From assembly GCA_001794215.1 (NCBI GenBank), contig MGJK01000002.1, forward strand, positions 3,310 through 67,309: 64,000 nt of DNA. Direction: 5' to 3'. Numbering within the stretch: the stretch's first letter is position 1; each line of letters starts with the position of its first letter. A model generated the notes under the pieces. That model was given only the letters and a program-made list of their open reading frames with translations. It was not told where the DNA came from and searched no databases. Origin of the DNA: Candidatus Yanofskybacteria bacterium RIFCSPHIGHO2_01_FULL_44_24. GTDB taxonomy: Bacteria > Patescibacteriota > Minisyncoccia > 2-02-FULL-40-12 > GWA2-44-9. Positions 48,278 to 57,752 of the stretch are shown here, piece after piece. The position numbers and the translations under genes were made by a program.

Positions 48278-48375
48278 GGCCGTAATCCATGAAGGGATTT
48301 ACGGAAATCGACCGGATTGAGTAAAAGGAGAAATTTCAGTAGAAATTTACTCCGTGCCCTTTATGGATTATGGCC
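48278..48375. repeat. Long hairpin or MITE-like element
   Basis: GGCCGTAATCCATGAAGGG / CCCTTTATGGATTATGGCC (two G.U-type mismatches). Confidence 0.7.
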
Positions 48376-48420
48376 AAGCGTTTTTATGGTGTACCTCGAA
48401 TAAGCCAAGGCTGAGTGTCT

Positions 48421-48789
48421 CTATATCTCGACATTCTTAAAATGTTTAATCTTTGCCACTCCCCTATTCTTATCAAAGACAAGAGAAATAATATCGACTT
48501 GCCATTCCTGGTTGGAGCCGATTTTTTTATCGGTCAGGTAAGTTTGGGCCGTACGAACAACTTTTTTCATTTTTTCTCTGTCAGCTCTTGTTTCAGGTTC
48601 GAACCCTGCGATATCGGCCGTGTTTGCTTTTACTTCAACAAAAACCAATACCTCATCTTTTTCGACGATCAAATCTATCTCGCCCCAAGGTTTTTTATAG
48701 TTTTGAGCTAATATTCGGTAGCCTTTAGATGCAAGATATTGTGCGACATAGCCCTCGGCTATAAATCCAATTTCAGATATTTTTGTCAT
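48421..48789 (-). CDS. yraN: YraN family PD-(D/E)XK nuclease
   Basis: GYRILAQNY..GEIDLI..LVFVEVK. Confidence 0.92.
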   Translation of the reverse strand: MTKISEIGFIAEGYVAQYLASKGYRILAQNYKKPWGEIDLIVEKDEVLVFVEVKANTADIAGFEPETRADREKMKKVVRTAQTYLTDKKIGSNQEWQVDIISLVFDKNRGVAKIKHFKNVEI

Positions 48790-48971
48790 TACAATAATCT
48801 ACATTTTTATACCCCCAATATCAACAAAGATTGATTGACATTGGAGGGTAAATAATGGTAGATTTACAGCGTAATTCTCATGCGGAGAATTTTTCTATTT
48901 TAGGGAGTTTTTAAGAGTTTGCGGCTTAAAAAACTACTATTGATACTAAATTCAACAAAATAAAGTCTTTT

Positions 48972-50072
48972 TTGGGGCAAGCGATCTCAAGACTTTCCAT
49001 ACATAGGCGCAGAACCAGAAACCTCGTCAAGAGTGAAGCTTTCGGAGTCTTTTCTTTCATAGTGATTATATTTGTCTTGTTTGCTTTTAAAATGGATAAC
49101 GGCGACAACAAAGCGAGTTTATTCAGTAATCTCTTGAAGGGCTATATAGAAGAAACATCGGCTTACATAGAAACAAACGGAAACCAACTTGCCGATATAG
49201 GAAGCCTTCTTGCTTTTAATTCGCAGGCTCCTTATGAAGAAGACTATGGAAGCGATATATTAGATTACAATATTGGCGATCAGTCGTTAAGCGCTTATAA
49301 TCCTGCCGAGGCTAACTACATCGAAGTGGGAAGATTCATAAGCAATCGAGTCTCTGAATACGCAGTTCAGCAGGGCGATTTACTGTCCTTTATAGCTTCC
49401 GACTATGGAGTCAGTATTAATTCCATTATCTGGGCTAATAACCTTAGAAATTCCGACAGTATCTCTCCCGGTCAGGTGCTTAAAATACCCCCGGTTTCAG
49501 GGGTAATTCATCAGATAAAATCAGGCGATACCATTGCTTCAATTGCTAAAAAATATAATGCTAACGAGGGGAGGATCATAGAATTTAACGGCTTATCCAA
49601 AAATGCTGAAATTAGCATAGGGGAACAGATTATCGTTCCTGACGGCGAGATCAAGTCAATGATTAAGGCTGGTACGACTATTGCTTCAGCCAACAAACCC
49701 TTTGCTTATTTAGCGAATCTCGGTGACTACTTTATGCTTCCGACCAACGGATACAACTGGGGAAGGATACATGGAAGAAACGGCGTGGATATTGCCAATT
49801 CTCGCGGTACTCCGATATATGCAGCAGCCGAAGGTTCCGTGGCAATTTCAGACGGGGTTGGTTATAACGGCGGTTTCGGACAATACATTAAGATAATTCA
49901 TCCAAATGGCACGGAGACCCTGTACGCCCATGGTTCGAAACTCTTAGTTTCAGCTGGTGATTATGTTCAGAGGGGCCAGCTGATAATGCTGATGGGCTCT
50001 ACCGGTCGGTCTACCGGGAACCATCTCCACTTTGAAGTCCATGGAGCCCGCAATCCATTAGCTAAGTACTAA
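48972..50072 (+). CDS. LysM-M23 peptidase
   Basis: TM, two LysM repeats, HGRNGVD, YAH, STGNHLHFEV; start uncertain. Confidence 0.9.
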   Translation: MGQAISRLSIHRRRTRNLVKSEAFGVFSFIVIIFVLFAFKMDNGDNKASLFSNLLKGYIEETSAYIETNGNQLADIGSLLAFNSQAPYEEDYGSDILDYNIGDQSLSAYNPAEANYIEVGRFISNRVSEYAVQQGDLLSFIASDYGVSINSIIWANNLRNSDSISPGQVLKIPPVSGVIHQIKSGDTIASIAKKYNANEGRIIEFNGLSKNAEISIGEQIIVPDGEIKSMIKAGTTIASANKPFAYLANLGDYFMLPTNGYNWGRIHGRNGVDIANSRGTPIYAAAEGSVAISDGVGYNGGFGQYIKIIHPNGTETLYAHGSKLLVSAGDYVQRGQLIMLMGSTGRSTGNHLHFEVHGARNPLAKY

Positions 50073-50110
50073 AAAACAGCCAAAAAGGCTGTTTTTTAGT
50101 TAATCTGCAT

Positions 50111-50126
50111 TGTTCCGCGCGGAACA
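50111..50126. promoter_or_regulatory. parS-like site (variant)
   Basis: Perfect palindrome TGTTCCGCGCGGAACA. Confidence 0.7.
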
Positions 50127-50200
50127 ATCGTTGACTCAACTTCGAAAACCATCTAATTTAAGAAGGGCAAATTATACCACTGAGGAGAAGGAGGCTTCAG

Positions 50201-50512
50201 TTGAAGCAGGGGCGGAATTGGTTTGAGAGACAGGTTGAGGCCGTAGAAAAGGAGATCGATTCTATGCCTTCTTTTATGTTGAGGGGCGAGTTGCTATCAG
50301 AAAGAGCTGATAAAAATAGAGTAGAACGCATACAGGCTCTAATCACGTTCTTCGTCTCTTCTTACATGGAGGGCAGGGGTTGCATGACTGATTTTGATCG
50401 GGATCTTATCGAAACCCTGAACAATCTTAAGGCAAAATATAGGCAGAAACCGGCTGTTTGCCGGTTTTTGTTATCAAAATGTTCCGCGCGGAACATTAGG
50501 CCAAGTCACTGA
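50201..50512 (+). CDS. Hypothetical protein
   Basis: Strong SD AAGGAGG before TTG. Confidence 0.6.
   Translation: MKQGRNWFERQVEAVEKEIDSMPSFMLRGELLSERADKNRVERIQALITFFVSSYMEGRGCMTDFDRDLIETLNNLKAKYRQKPAVCRFLLSKCSARNIRPSH
50480..50495. promoter_or_regulatory. parS-like site (variant)
   Basis: Perfect palindrome TGTTCCGCGCGGAACA. Confidence 0.7.
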
Positions 50513-52040
50513 ACATCTTCTCGTTCAGCCGAAGACTTAGGGCTTCAGCAATATGGGTTTCATCGATCAGCTCAGACCGTTCAAGATCCGCTACGGTGCG
50601 GGCTAATTTTTTAATCTTATGGTAGGTTCTGAGCGATAACCCCTTGTTGTTTACGGCGGTTTTTAAAAGATTTTCTGCCGTTTTAGTAAGAAAACAGAAG
50701 GTATCTATGTTTTTGAAGTTTATCTCAGAATTAGTATAGATGTCACGGCCCTTAAATCGGGTCAACTGGACTTCCCTTGCTTTATCGATATTTTTTCTAA
50801 TTTCAGCCATTTTTTCCGGTTTTTGAGGCTCTGTCTTGGTTTCCATATCAATTGTTTCGCGCGGAACATTTACCTGTATGTCTATCCTGTCGAGCAGAGG
50901 TCCGGATATTTTTTTCCTGTATTTCAAGATGTTGAATGGGGGACACACACAAGCTGCCTTTTCGTTGCCAAAGTTTCCGCATGGGCATGGGTTCATTGCG
51001 GCTATTAGCATAAATTTGGCCGGTAGGACGGTTGATCCGGAGGCTCTTGAGATAGTTACCGTCCCGTCTTCCAGTGGCTGTCTGAGGCTTTCTAAGACGT
51101 CTCTCCTGAATTCAGGCAATTCATCAAGAAATAAAACTCCGCGATGAGCCAAGCTTATTTCTCCAGCCTTGGGGTAGCTTCCACCTCCGACAATAGCAAC
51201 GGACGATGTGGTATGGTGAGGGTTCCTGAAAGGCCTCTGGGCGGATAGGGGAGAGTTATTTATCAAGCCCACCGAACTGTATATCTTAGCCGTCTCTATT
51301 GCCTCATCAATAGACATATCTGGCATCAGGTCGATGGCGGCTTTTGCCAATATAGTCTTGCCGGAACCGGGCGGACCATACATGAGAATATTATGGAATC
51401 CGGCGGCGGCTATCGAGAGAGCTCTTTTAGCGAATTCTTGACCTTTTATGAGGGAAAAAACGTCAGCTTGGCGGCTGTTCGGCGAGTTTTCTAAGCTTAC
51501 TTTTTCTATCGGATCAATTATCGAAGTGCGGTTCAGGTGGCCTATTACTTCGCTTATATTCTGGGCTCCGATGACTTCGATACCTTGGATTATCGACGCT
51601 TCTTTTACATTGGAGGAGGGGAGTATTATCTCCTTTAACCCTAATTTATCGGCCAAAATAGCCATTGCTAAAGCTCCGTTTATTGGCTTCAAAGATCCAT
51701 CAAGAGACAGTTCACCGGCTAATAAAACTTTCGAAGAATCAAATTTAAGCTGGCCGGTTTCATAGAGATAACCTATCGCTACCGGCAAATCGTAGGACGG
51801 CCCCTCTTTTTTTAGATCAGCAGGTGCGAGGTTTATAATCAACCTCCTATTCTTAGAGTTCGGCGCCAATAAGCCGGCATTTTTTATAGCCGATCCGATA
51901 CGGTCTTTAGATTCTTGGACAGCCTTGTCGGGCAAACCGACAATGGTAAAAGAGTGAAGGCCGGGAGTCGAATCAACCTCAACTTCAATAAGCTGGGCGT
52001 CTATTCCGGTTATGGCTGCGGATAGGATTCTGACTGACAA
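50496..52040 (-). CDS. comM: YifB/ComM Mg-chelatase-like AAA ATPase
   Basis: IVGLPDKAVQES, NLAPADLKKEG, GPPGSGKT, PFRNPHHT, AAMNPCPCG. Confidence 0.95.
   Translation of the reverse strand: MSVRILSAAITGIDAQLIEVEVDSTPGLHSFTIVGLPDKAVQESKDRIGSAIKNAGLLAPNSKNRRLIINLAPADLKKEGPSYDLPVAIGYLYETGQLKFDSSKVLLAGELSLDGSLKPINGALAMAILADKLGLKEIILPSSNVKEASIIQGIEVIGAQNISEVIGHLNRTSIIDPIEKVSLENSPNSRQADVFSLIKGQEFAKRALSIAAAGFHNILMYGPPGSGKTILAKAAIDLMPDMSIDEAIETAKIYSSVGLINNSPLSAQRPFRNPHHTTSSVAIVGGGSYPKAGEISLAHRGVLFLDELPEFRRDVLESLRQPLEDGTVTISRASGSTVLPAKFMLIAAMNPCPCGNFGNEKAACVCPPFNILKYRKKISGPLLDRIDIQVNVPRETIDMETKTEPQKPEKMAEIRKNIDKAREVQLTRFKGRDIYTNSEINFKNIDTFCFLTKTAENLLKTAVNNKGLSLRTYHKIKKLARTVADLERSELIDETHIAEALSLRLNEKMFSDLA
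50853..50868. promoter_or_regulatory. parS-like site (variant) inside comM
   Basis: TGTTTCGCGCGGAACA encoding VPRET. Confidence 0.65.
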
Positions 52041-52079
52041 TTTTGGGCATCTCCCTCAAGATGCGTTTATTCAATATGA

Positions 52080-52442
52080 TTACCTTGGTTTTTGAGCACA
52101 ACTTATGCATAAAGATGCGACAGGCATTGCTTTCAGGCGGGCAACAGATATTTCTGAAGCGCAATTATCGCATTTTCCGTATTTTCCTGACTTTATTTTC
52201 TGCCTTGTGCTTGTTATTTCCTTTAATCTCCTTTCAAGGGCGTCAACAAGAGCTTGATCTCTATCCAAATCACCGGCCTCCTGGGCCGCATCTTCCTGAG
52301 ATTTTCCAAGGTCCTCAACTACCACGTCGAAATCACCCTTTACGAGGGGGTTTTCTTTGGCTATGCTCGATAGCTGATTTCTTATCACCTTTTCTTCTTG
52401 GGCAAGATCATCGTCGAGCTTTTTTAGTTCATCTTTGGTCAT
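52080..52442 (-). CDS. DksA/TraR C4-type zinc finger protein
   Basis: YGKCDNC..I..ARLKAMPVASLCISC. Confidence 0.9.
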   Translation of the reverse strand: MTKDELKKLDDDLAQEEKVIRNQLSSIAKENPLVKGDFDVVVEDLGKSQEDAAQEAGDLDRDQALVDALERRLKEITSTRQKIKSGKYGKCDNCASEISVARLKAMPVASLCISCAQKPR

Positions 52443-52523
52443 AATCTTTGGTAGAATTATTGCTCATTTAAAAGGAATAAGCAAGTATAGCACAAGGTAA
52501 TAAGGAGAAGCAAAAATCGGATT

Positions 52524-52576
52524 AATGATTCTCCCCGGCCTTATGACCGCGGTATTCGCTTAGGGGCTAATAAAAA
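52524..52576. mobile_element. Minimal copy of the element at 43001-43254
   Basis: AATGATTCTCCCCGGC-cttatga-CCGCGGTATTCGCTTAGGGGCTAATAAAAA. Confidence 0.55.
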
Positions 52577-52896
52577 GAAAAAAAGAAGGCCCGGATGCCC
52601 CTAAAACGCAAGTGCGTGATGTGTGGGCCCAGGCCTCAAGTGAAAAACTGTTCGCCAGCAGGTATAAGATTTTTATAACCGCTAGCCAAAGAGCTAACTT
52701 AATAATAGCGCGACCAGAAAATATGAGCAATCCATGTTCTGTTGATAAGTTGTCACCATGATTTCCGGATGTCACCAATGTTTGTCACCACCAAAAAATG
52801 GCTTAAAATCTGGGTTATTTCTGATTATAAAGCAAAAGAGCCGCTTCGGCTCGATACGGTAGTGACAGAAGATAACAGGTTGTTAACACTGTTATC

Positions 52897-54216
52897 TTAT
52901 TTCAATTTATCGATTATTGCATAAATTGCTTCTTTGGAGTTCGAAATGACAAGGTAGATTTTCTGGTTATTCGCCGCCATCATTGCATAGTCTATTGTTT
53001 TATCAGGAAACTGAAAATTTCTGTATCGAATATTGACTTCGCGATAAGTATTATTCATAAAGTTAGGACTGCTGGCCGATTTAGGATCGAGATTAAGAAG
53101 GTTGCCCATACCCTCGACCATTGTTGGTTCCCAAGATAAAAGAGCTGATGCGGCTTTAGTTTGGTCTTTTATTTCAGACAGGATAATAAGTTTTTTACCG
53201 GCCGGGCCGATTGTAGTTGGCTTACCGTCTGATCCAAAAGTTTCTTCCTGTCCGTACAGGAGAACGGCTGATTCTGCTCCGAGGGCTTCCTTGAAATTGG
53301 CGGGATAGTTTATGAAAAATCTGTCAAAAAGGCCTAAGACGCTATACCTTTGGCCACTGTCCATTTCTACTGCGGTTATTTTCTTAAACTGCCTCTTGTC
53401 TACATTCTGGCCTTGAATTGCGGCTGATAGCAAATCGCCCGGATTTCCGGTTTTAGGGAAATTGACGGTAATATCGGCCATACTGCCGAGAATATCATTC
53501 AGTCTTTTTATGGTCGTAGGGACGGGGCTTTGGCTGATTGTTGGACCGGGGGTCGGTTCGGGGGCGTATAAGTATAAGAAATAATAGCCGACCCCCCCCA
53601 TTGCTATCACGACAACCATAGCAATGCTGAGGATCATTTTATGAGCCGATCCCCAAGATATCATATTTCCAAGCAGGTTGCCTTTTTGAACGGGCGGCGC
53701 TTCTTTTTCAGGCAGTTTTGGTTCGGTAATCCCTCTTTCTGAAGGCTTTGGCGGGAGAGGAACATTCGAAAGAGAGTCCGGCGTTATTTTTGGCGGAACC
53801 GGCAGTTTTTCTATATTCAGGATTCTTCTTTCAATATCTGTGCCGTTGAGTTTCTGGCCGGTTTTAATACGCTCTAAATCGCCGGATAAAGTCCTGATAG
53901 TTGATTGATATTCTTGTATTTTCGGCCTTTCGAGGGTCTGTTTTTTCGGAAGGGGTGAAAGGGGAGGGAGCGTAACGCTTCTTGCCTCCGGGGGCACTCC
54001 CCTTGAAGTCAGCGGGGGCAGGTTGGTTTGGGGGAGTGGGGTGGGTGAAGGTGGCTGTTCCGGACGGGGTTTTGAGACCGGCAAGTTACCAAACGCAAGA
54101 GGCGGCAGTGGACCGACAGATCTCCCTTGGCCTTGAGCCGGAGCGGGAGTTTTTGATTCGATAAGATCCTTTACGAGATCGTCAAAGGTGGTGATTTTTG
54201 AATTCGAGTCTGGCAT
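52897..54216 (-). CDS. Pro-rich single-pass membrane hypothetical protein
   Basis: Pro-rich cytoplasmic region, TM, extracellular domain with WEPTM..IRY. Confidence 0.8.
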   Translation of the reverse strand: MPDSNSKITTFDDLVKDLIESKTPAPAQGQGRSVGPLPPLAFGNLPVSKPRPEQPPSPTPLPQTNLPPLTSRGVPPEARSVTLPPLSPLPKKQTLERPKIQEYQSTIRTLSGDLERIKTGQKLNGTDIERRILNIEKLPVPPKITPDSLSNVPLPPKPSERGITEPKLPEKEAPPVQKGNLLGNMISWGSAHKMILSIAMVVVIAMGGVGYYFLYLYAPEPTPGPTISQSPVPTTIKRLNDILGSMADITVNFPKTGNPGDLLSAAIQGQNVDKRQFKKITAVEMDSGQRYSVLGLFDRFFINYPANFKEALGAESAVLLYGQEETFGSDGKPTTIGPAGKKLIILSEIKDQTKAASALLSWEPTMVEGMGNLLNLDPKSASSPNFMNNTYREVNIRYRNFQFPDKTIDYAMMAANNQKIYLVISNSKEAIYAIIDKLK

Positions 54217-54282
54217 TAATTAGCTACCGGTGATCGGAGCCATAGTAACTAAGTTTATATGATAGAGACTAATCGTCGATCA

Positions 54283-56382
54283 CTATTTCTTCATTGTCAG
54301 GTTAATTCTACCATATTCATCGATGTTTTTCACTCTTATGTGAACGCTTTGGCCGAGCTTTAGAACGTCAGACGGGCGGCGGATTCTTTCACTGGAAATT
54401 TCTGAAACATGGACTAAACCTTCTCTTCCGGGGAGGTACTCAACCATTGCTCCGAACTCAAGAAGTCTGCTTACTTTTCCGTCGAATTCATCGCCGGGGT
54501 TTGCTTCATAAGTTAATTCCTCGATCATTTTGATAGCCTTGTCCATGCCGTCGGCCGAAACGCAGGTTATAAAGACTGATCCATCGTCTTCAATATCGAT
54601 TTGAGCTCCCGTTTCGTCAATAATTTTATTGATTGTTTCTCCGCCTTTTCCTATGACGGCCCCGATCTTCTCAGGATTTATTTTAAGAGTTTTAACCCGG
54701 GGAGCGAGAGGGGAGAGGTCGGGTCTTGGTTCGGATATCTTGGCGTCCATAGTTTCTAATATCTGAAGACGAGCCTGTTTTGCCTGAAGAAGCGCTTTTT
54801 CAAGAACTTCTTCGGTTATTCCCTCGACTTTCACATCCATTTGCATGGCGGTTATTCCGTCTTTCGTTCCGGCAACCTTGAAGTCCATATCTCCATGATG
54901 GTCTTCCGGTCCCTGTATGTCTGTCAGAATTTTGTATTTTTCTCCTTTTTGATCAAACATGACCCCCATTGCAATACCGGCCACCGCCGACTTTATGGGT
55001 ACCCCGCCATCCATCATTGCTAAACTCGAACCGCATACCGAAGCCATCGATGAAGATCCGTTCGAAGCCAATGTTTCAGAGACCATTCTTATCGTATAAG
55101 GAAATTCGTCTTTAGAAGGAATTACCGGCAGCAAAGCTCTTTCAGCTAAGGCACCATGACCGATATCTCTTCGGCCCGCACCGCCCATTCTCCCGGTCTC
55201 CCCGACGCTATAAGGCGGGAAAGAATAATGATGCATAAATCTCTTTTTAGTCAGATTGATCTCCATAGTCTCTATCCACTGTTCCATGCCCGGAGCGGCT
55301 AAAGTTAAGATCGACAAAACTTGAGTGGTTCCTCTTTGAAATAGCCCCGAACCGTGAGAGTGGGGGAGGACGTTTGTGTCTGCCGACAGATCCCGAAGTT
55401 CGTCAATTTTTCTGAAATCAGGCCTTTTCTCGGAGGCTAAAACGTTGCGATGAACTATGTCATTTATCTCCTCCTCGAATAAATGCTCAGCCTCCTTTAG
55501 TTTCTTATCCAAGCCGTCGGAATCTTTATATGCTTCTTTCAGGTGTTCCATCATTTCTTTCCGGGCTTTGGCTACGCCCTCTACGTATTCTTGCTTGATC
55601 TTGGTGTATATTGCTTTCTCGAGCCGAGGTTCGAGGAAGGTATCAACTGCTTTTTTCAAATCTTTATCTTCTTCGGCAAAAACCAATTGTCTTTTTACCG
55701 GTTTCATTTCGTTGACAATCTTTTTCTGAAGGTTGATTAATTTTTGAAATTCGTTAAATCCGGCAGCTATCGCCTCGGTGACATCCCTTTCCGGAGTGAT
55801 GGATGCGCCAGCTTCGATCATGTTGATTCTGTTCGATGTTCCGGCTACGACAATATCAAAATCTCCGGCCCCTCTCTCCTCGTAGGTCGGGTTGAATATT
55901 AATTTTCCATTGACTCGAGTGACTCTTGTGCTGGCTACGGGGCCGTTAAAAGGTATATCAGAGGTCATCAGTGCTAAGGAGGCTCCGAAAAGTGCCGGCA
56001 TATCTGGGTCGTTCTGGCCGTCAAAAGAAAGGACGGTTGCTACGATTTGCATGTCGTTTCTGATGCGATGGTCGAATCTCGGCCGGAGAGATCGATCGAT
56101 CAATCTGCCGCTCAAAATAGCTTCGTCCGACGGACGGCCTTCGCGCTTGATCCACTTGGAGCCTTTTATTTTCCCGGCGGCATAATATCTTTCCTCATAG
56201 TCAACAGAGAGGGGCATATAATCTATCCCGGCCCGGACAGAAGAGGACATTACGGCGGTAACTAAAACGGCAGTGTTTCCGTACTGCACATAGACTGATC
56301 CATTAGCCAGGTTGGCTAATCGGCCAAACTCAATAACTAACGGTTTTCCCGCGAATTCTTCGGTGTATCTTTTGATACCCAT
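54283..56382 (-). CDS. pnp: Polyribonucleotide nucleotidyltransferase
   Basis: RLIDRSLRP, HGALAERAL, SNGSSSMAS, DMDFKVAG, KH and S1 domains. Confidence 0.97.
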   Translation of the reverse strand: MGIKRYTEEFAGKPLVIEFGRLANLANGSVYVQYGNTAVLVTAVMSSSVRAGIDYMPLSVDYEERYYAAGKIKGSKWIKREGRPSDEAILSGRLIDRSLRPRFDHRIRNDMQIVATVLSFDGQNDPDMPALFGASLALMTSDIPFNGPVASTRVTRVNGKLIFNPTYEERGAGDFDIVVAGTSNRINMIEAGASITPERDVTEAIAAGFNEFQKLINLQKKIVNEMKPVKRQLVFAEEDKDLKKAVDTFLEPRLEKAIYTKIKQEYVEGVAKARKEMMEHLKEAYKDSDGLDKKLKEAEHLFEEEINDIVHRNVLASEKRPDFRKIDELRDLSADTNVLPHSHGSGLFQRGTTQVLSILTLAAPGMEQWIETMEINLTKKRFMHHYSFPPYSVGETGRMGGAGRRDIGHGALAERALLPVIPSKDEFPYTIRMVSETLASNGSSSMASVCGSSLAMMDGGVPIKSAVAGIAMGVMFDQKGEKYKILTDIQGPEDHHGDMDFKVAGTKDGITAMQMDVKVEGITEEVLEKALLQAKQARLQILETMDAKISEPRPDLSPLAPRVKTLKINPEKIGAVIGKGGETINKIIDETGAQIDIEDDGSVFITCVSADGMDKAIKMIEELTYEANPGDEFDGKVSRLLEFGAMVEYLPGREGLVHVSEISSERIRRPSDVLKLGQSVHIRVKNIDEYGRINLTMKK

Positions 56383-56575
56383 TTGATGAGAACTAACAAA
56401 AGAGTGAGTGCAACGCTGGCCGCTTAACTCAATTACCGATTGAATCAAATGGCCAATATAGCCCCATTCTGCTTTGCCTGCCCGCCTAAATTTTTTCAAA
56501 TTTCGGAGGGTTCCCCGCCACTTTTGTTGTTAATTAGCTTGTATTTACTGACTATACAATATTATATAAAAAAGT

Positions 56576-57088
56576 CTACTTCAATAGCACCTTATCTTTT
56601 ACTTCCTCAAGGTCGGTAAAATTATGAGCGGCTTCGATGAGTCGGGCGCTGGTTGAACGGCCGAATCCGGCCACCTCCACCACTAATCCGTTGAATTTCA
56701 GATACTCAACCAATGGTTCGTAATCTCCGTCACCGGAAACCATTACTACGACATCGACAAGCTTGGAAAGAGTGATGGCGTCTATGGCGATAGCCACGTC
56801 CCAGTCACCCTTTTTCATGCCTCCCGGGAAAATTTGAAGATCTTTTGATTTCAGTTCGAATCCGGCTTTTTCTAAGGCTTCAAAAAAAGCCTTTTCTTCT
56901 TTGGTGTCGGACTTTATGACGTAGGCGATGGCTCTGACCAATTCCCGGTTGGCCGTGACTATCTTTAGCAATTCGCGGAAGTTCACCCGCGATTTATAAA
57001 GGTTTTTAGCCGAATGGTACATGTTCGAGACATCAACAAAAACACCTATTCGGTGGTTTTTTCTTTGAGGAACCGTGGATTTATTCAT
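56576..57088 (-). CDS. NYN domain (LabA/DUF88) ribonuclease-like protein
   Basis: VFVDVSNMY, KGDWDVAIAIDA, SGDGDYEPLV. Confidence 0.9.
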   Translation of the reverse strand: MNKSTVPQRKNHRIGVFVDVSNMYHSAKNLYKSRVNFRELLKIVTANRELVRAIAYVIKSDTKEEKAFFEALEKAGFELKSKDLQIFPGGMKKGDWDVAIAIDAITLSKLVDVVVMVSGDGDYEPLVEYLKFNGLVVEVAGFGRSTSARLIEAAHNFTDLEEVKDKVLLK

Positions 57089-57091
57089 AGA

Positions 57092-57358
57092 TTATTTATC
57101 CAAACCTAATTTCTTAACCAAAGAAGCATGCCTTTTGGGAGCTTCTCTTTTGAGGTAATCCAAGAGTCTTTTTCTCTTTGCAACCATCTTTAAAAGACCG
57201 ACTCTTGAACTGTTGTCTTTGCCGTGTTTCTTGAGGTGTTTTGCGAGCTTTTCTATCTCTTCGCTGAACAAGGCTATCTGAACCTCGGGAGATCCCGTGT
57301 CCTTGTCGTGGACGCGATGACCCTCCAATATCTTGAGTTTTTGCTGAGTGGTCAACAT
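57092..57358 (-). CDS. rpsO: 30S ribosomal protein S15
   Basis: HDKDTGSPEVQIA, HLKKH.KD..SR.GLLKMV. Confidence 0.97.
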   Translation of the reverse strand: MLTTQQKLKILEGHRVHDKDTGSPEVQIALFSEEIEKLAKHLKKHGKDNSSRVGLLKMVAKRKRLLDYLKREAPKRHASLVKKLGLDK

Positions 57359-57451
57359 AACTTTAGTATTGTAATACGAAATCAAAATTTTAGCAATAAA
57401 CCTGAGGAGGAGCGGGGAAAACAAAAAGCGGCCGAATTTGTCGCGCCGCTG

Positions 57452-57646
57452 TTATGCTTGATAGCCGAACAATCTCCAAGTAGTTTCACTGTCGGGATGG
57501 CATTTTATCTGGTGTTCTTGGATCGATGTCCTCTTTACGTTCCGGTAACATGTAGGACATCTCAAGCAGCAAGATTTTTTGACCCTAAAACTATTTGTAT
57601 CGTTGTTCCCACACTTGCATTGATGGGTGCATCTCTTGTTCGGCAT
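57452..57646 (-). CDS. Small Cys/His-rich zinc-finger-like protein (64 aa)
   Basis: SD GGAGGAGG; CTHQCKC..CCLRCPTC..EHQIKCH. Confidence 0.6.
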   Translation of the reverse strand: MPNKRCTHQCKCGNNDTNSFRVKKSCCLRCPTCYRNVKRTSIQEHQIKCHPDSETTWRLFGYQA

Positions 57647-57677
57647 TTGCCACCCCTCCTCCCGAAAAGATAAACAA

Positions 57678-57707
57678 GACAATACACCATCTCTGGTGTA
57701 TTGTCAA
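57678..57707 (-). promoter_or_regulatory. Promoter with overlapping 12-bp palindromic operator
   Basis: TTGACA-N17-TATTGT lies inside GACAATACACCA-tctc-TGGTGTATTGTC. Confidence 0.65.
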
Positions 57708-57752
57708 TCTTTTTTCCCGGCCATTAAGTCAAGGATCCTTATAATCTTATCC

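Noticed and set aside
48121-48422. tmRNA or RNase P RNA
   Set aside because: It starts GGGGCGGA but lacks the TTCGAC motif, the tRNA-like 3' end and the RNase P P4 consensus.
52560-52924. Short ORFs 52560-52778 and 52742-52924
   Set aside because: No SD, motif or clear coding signal, so they cannot be supported.
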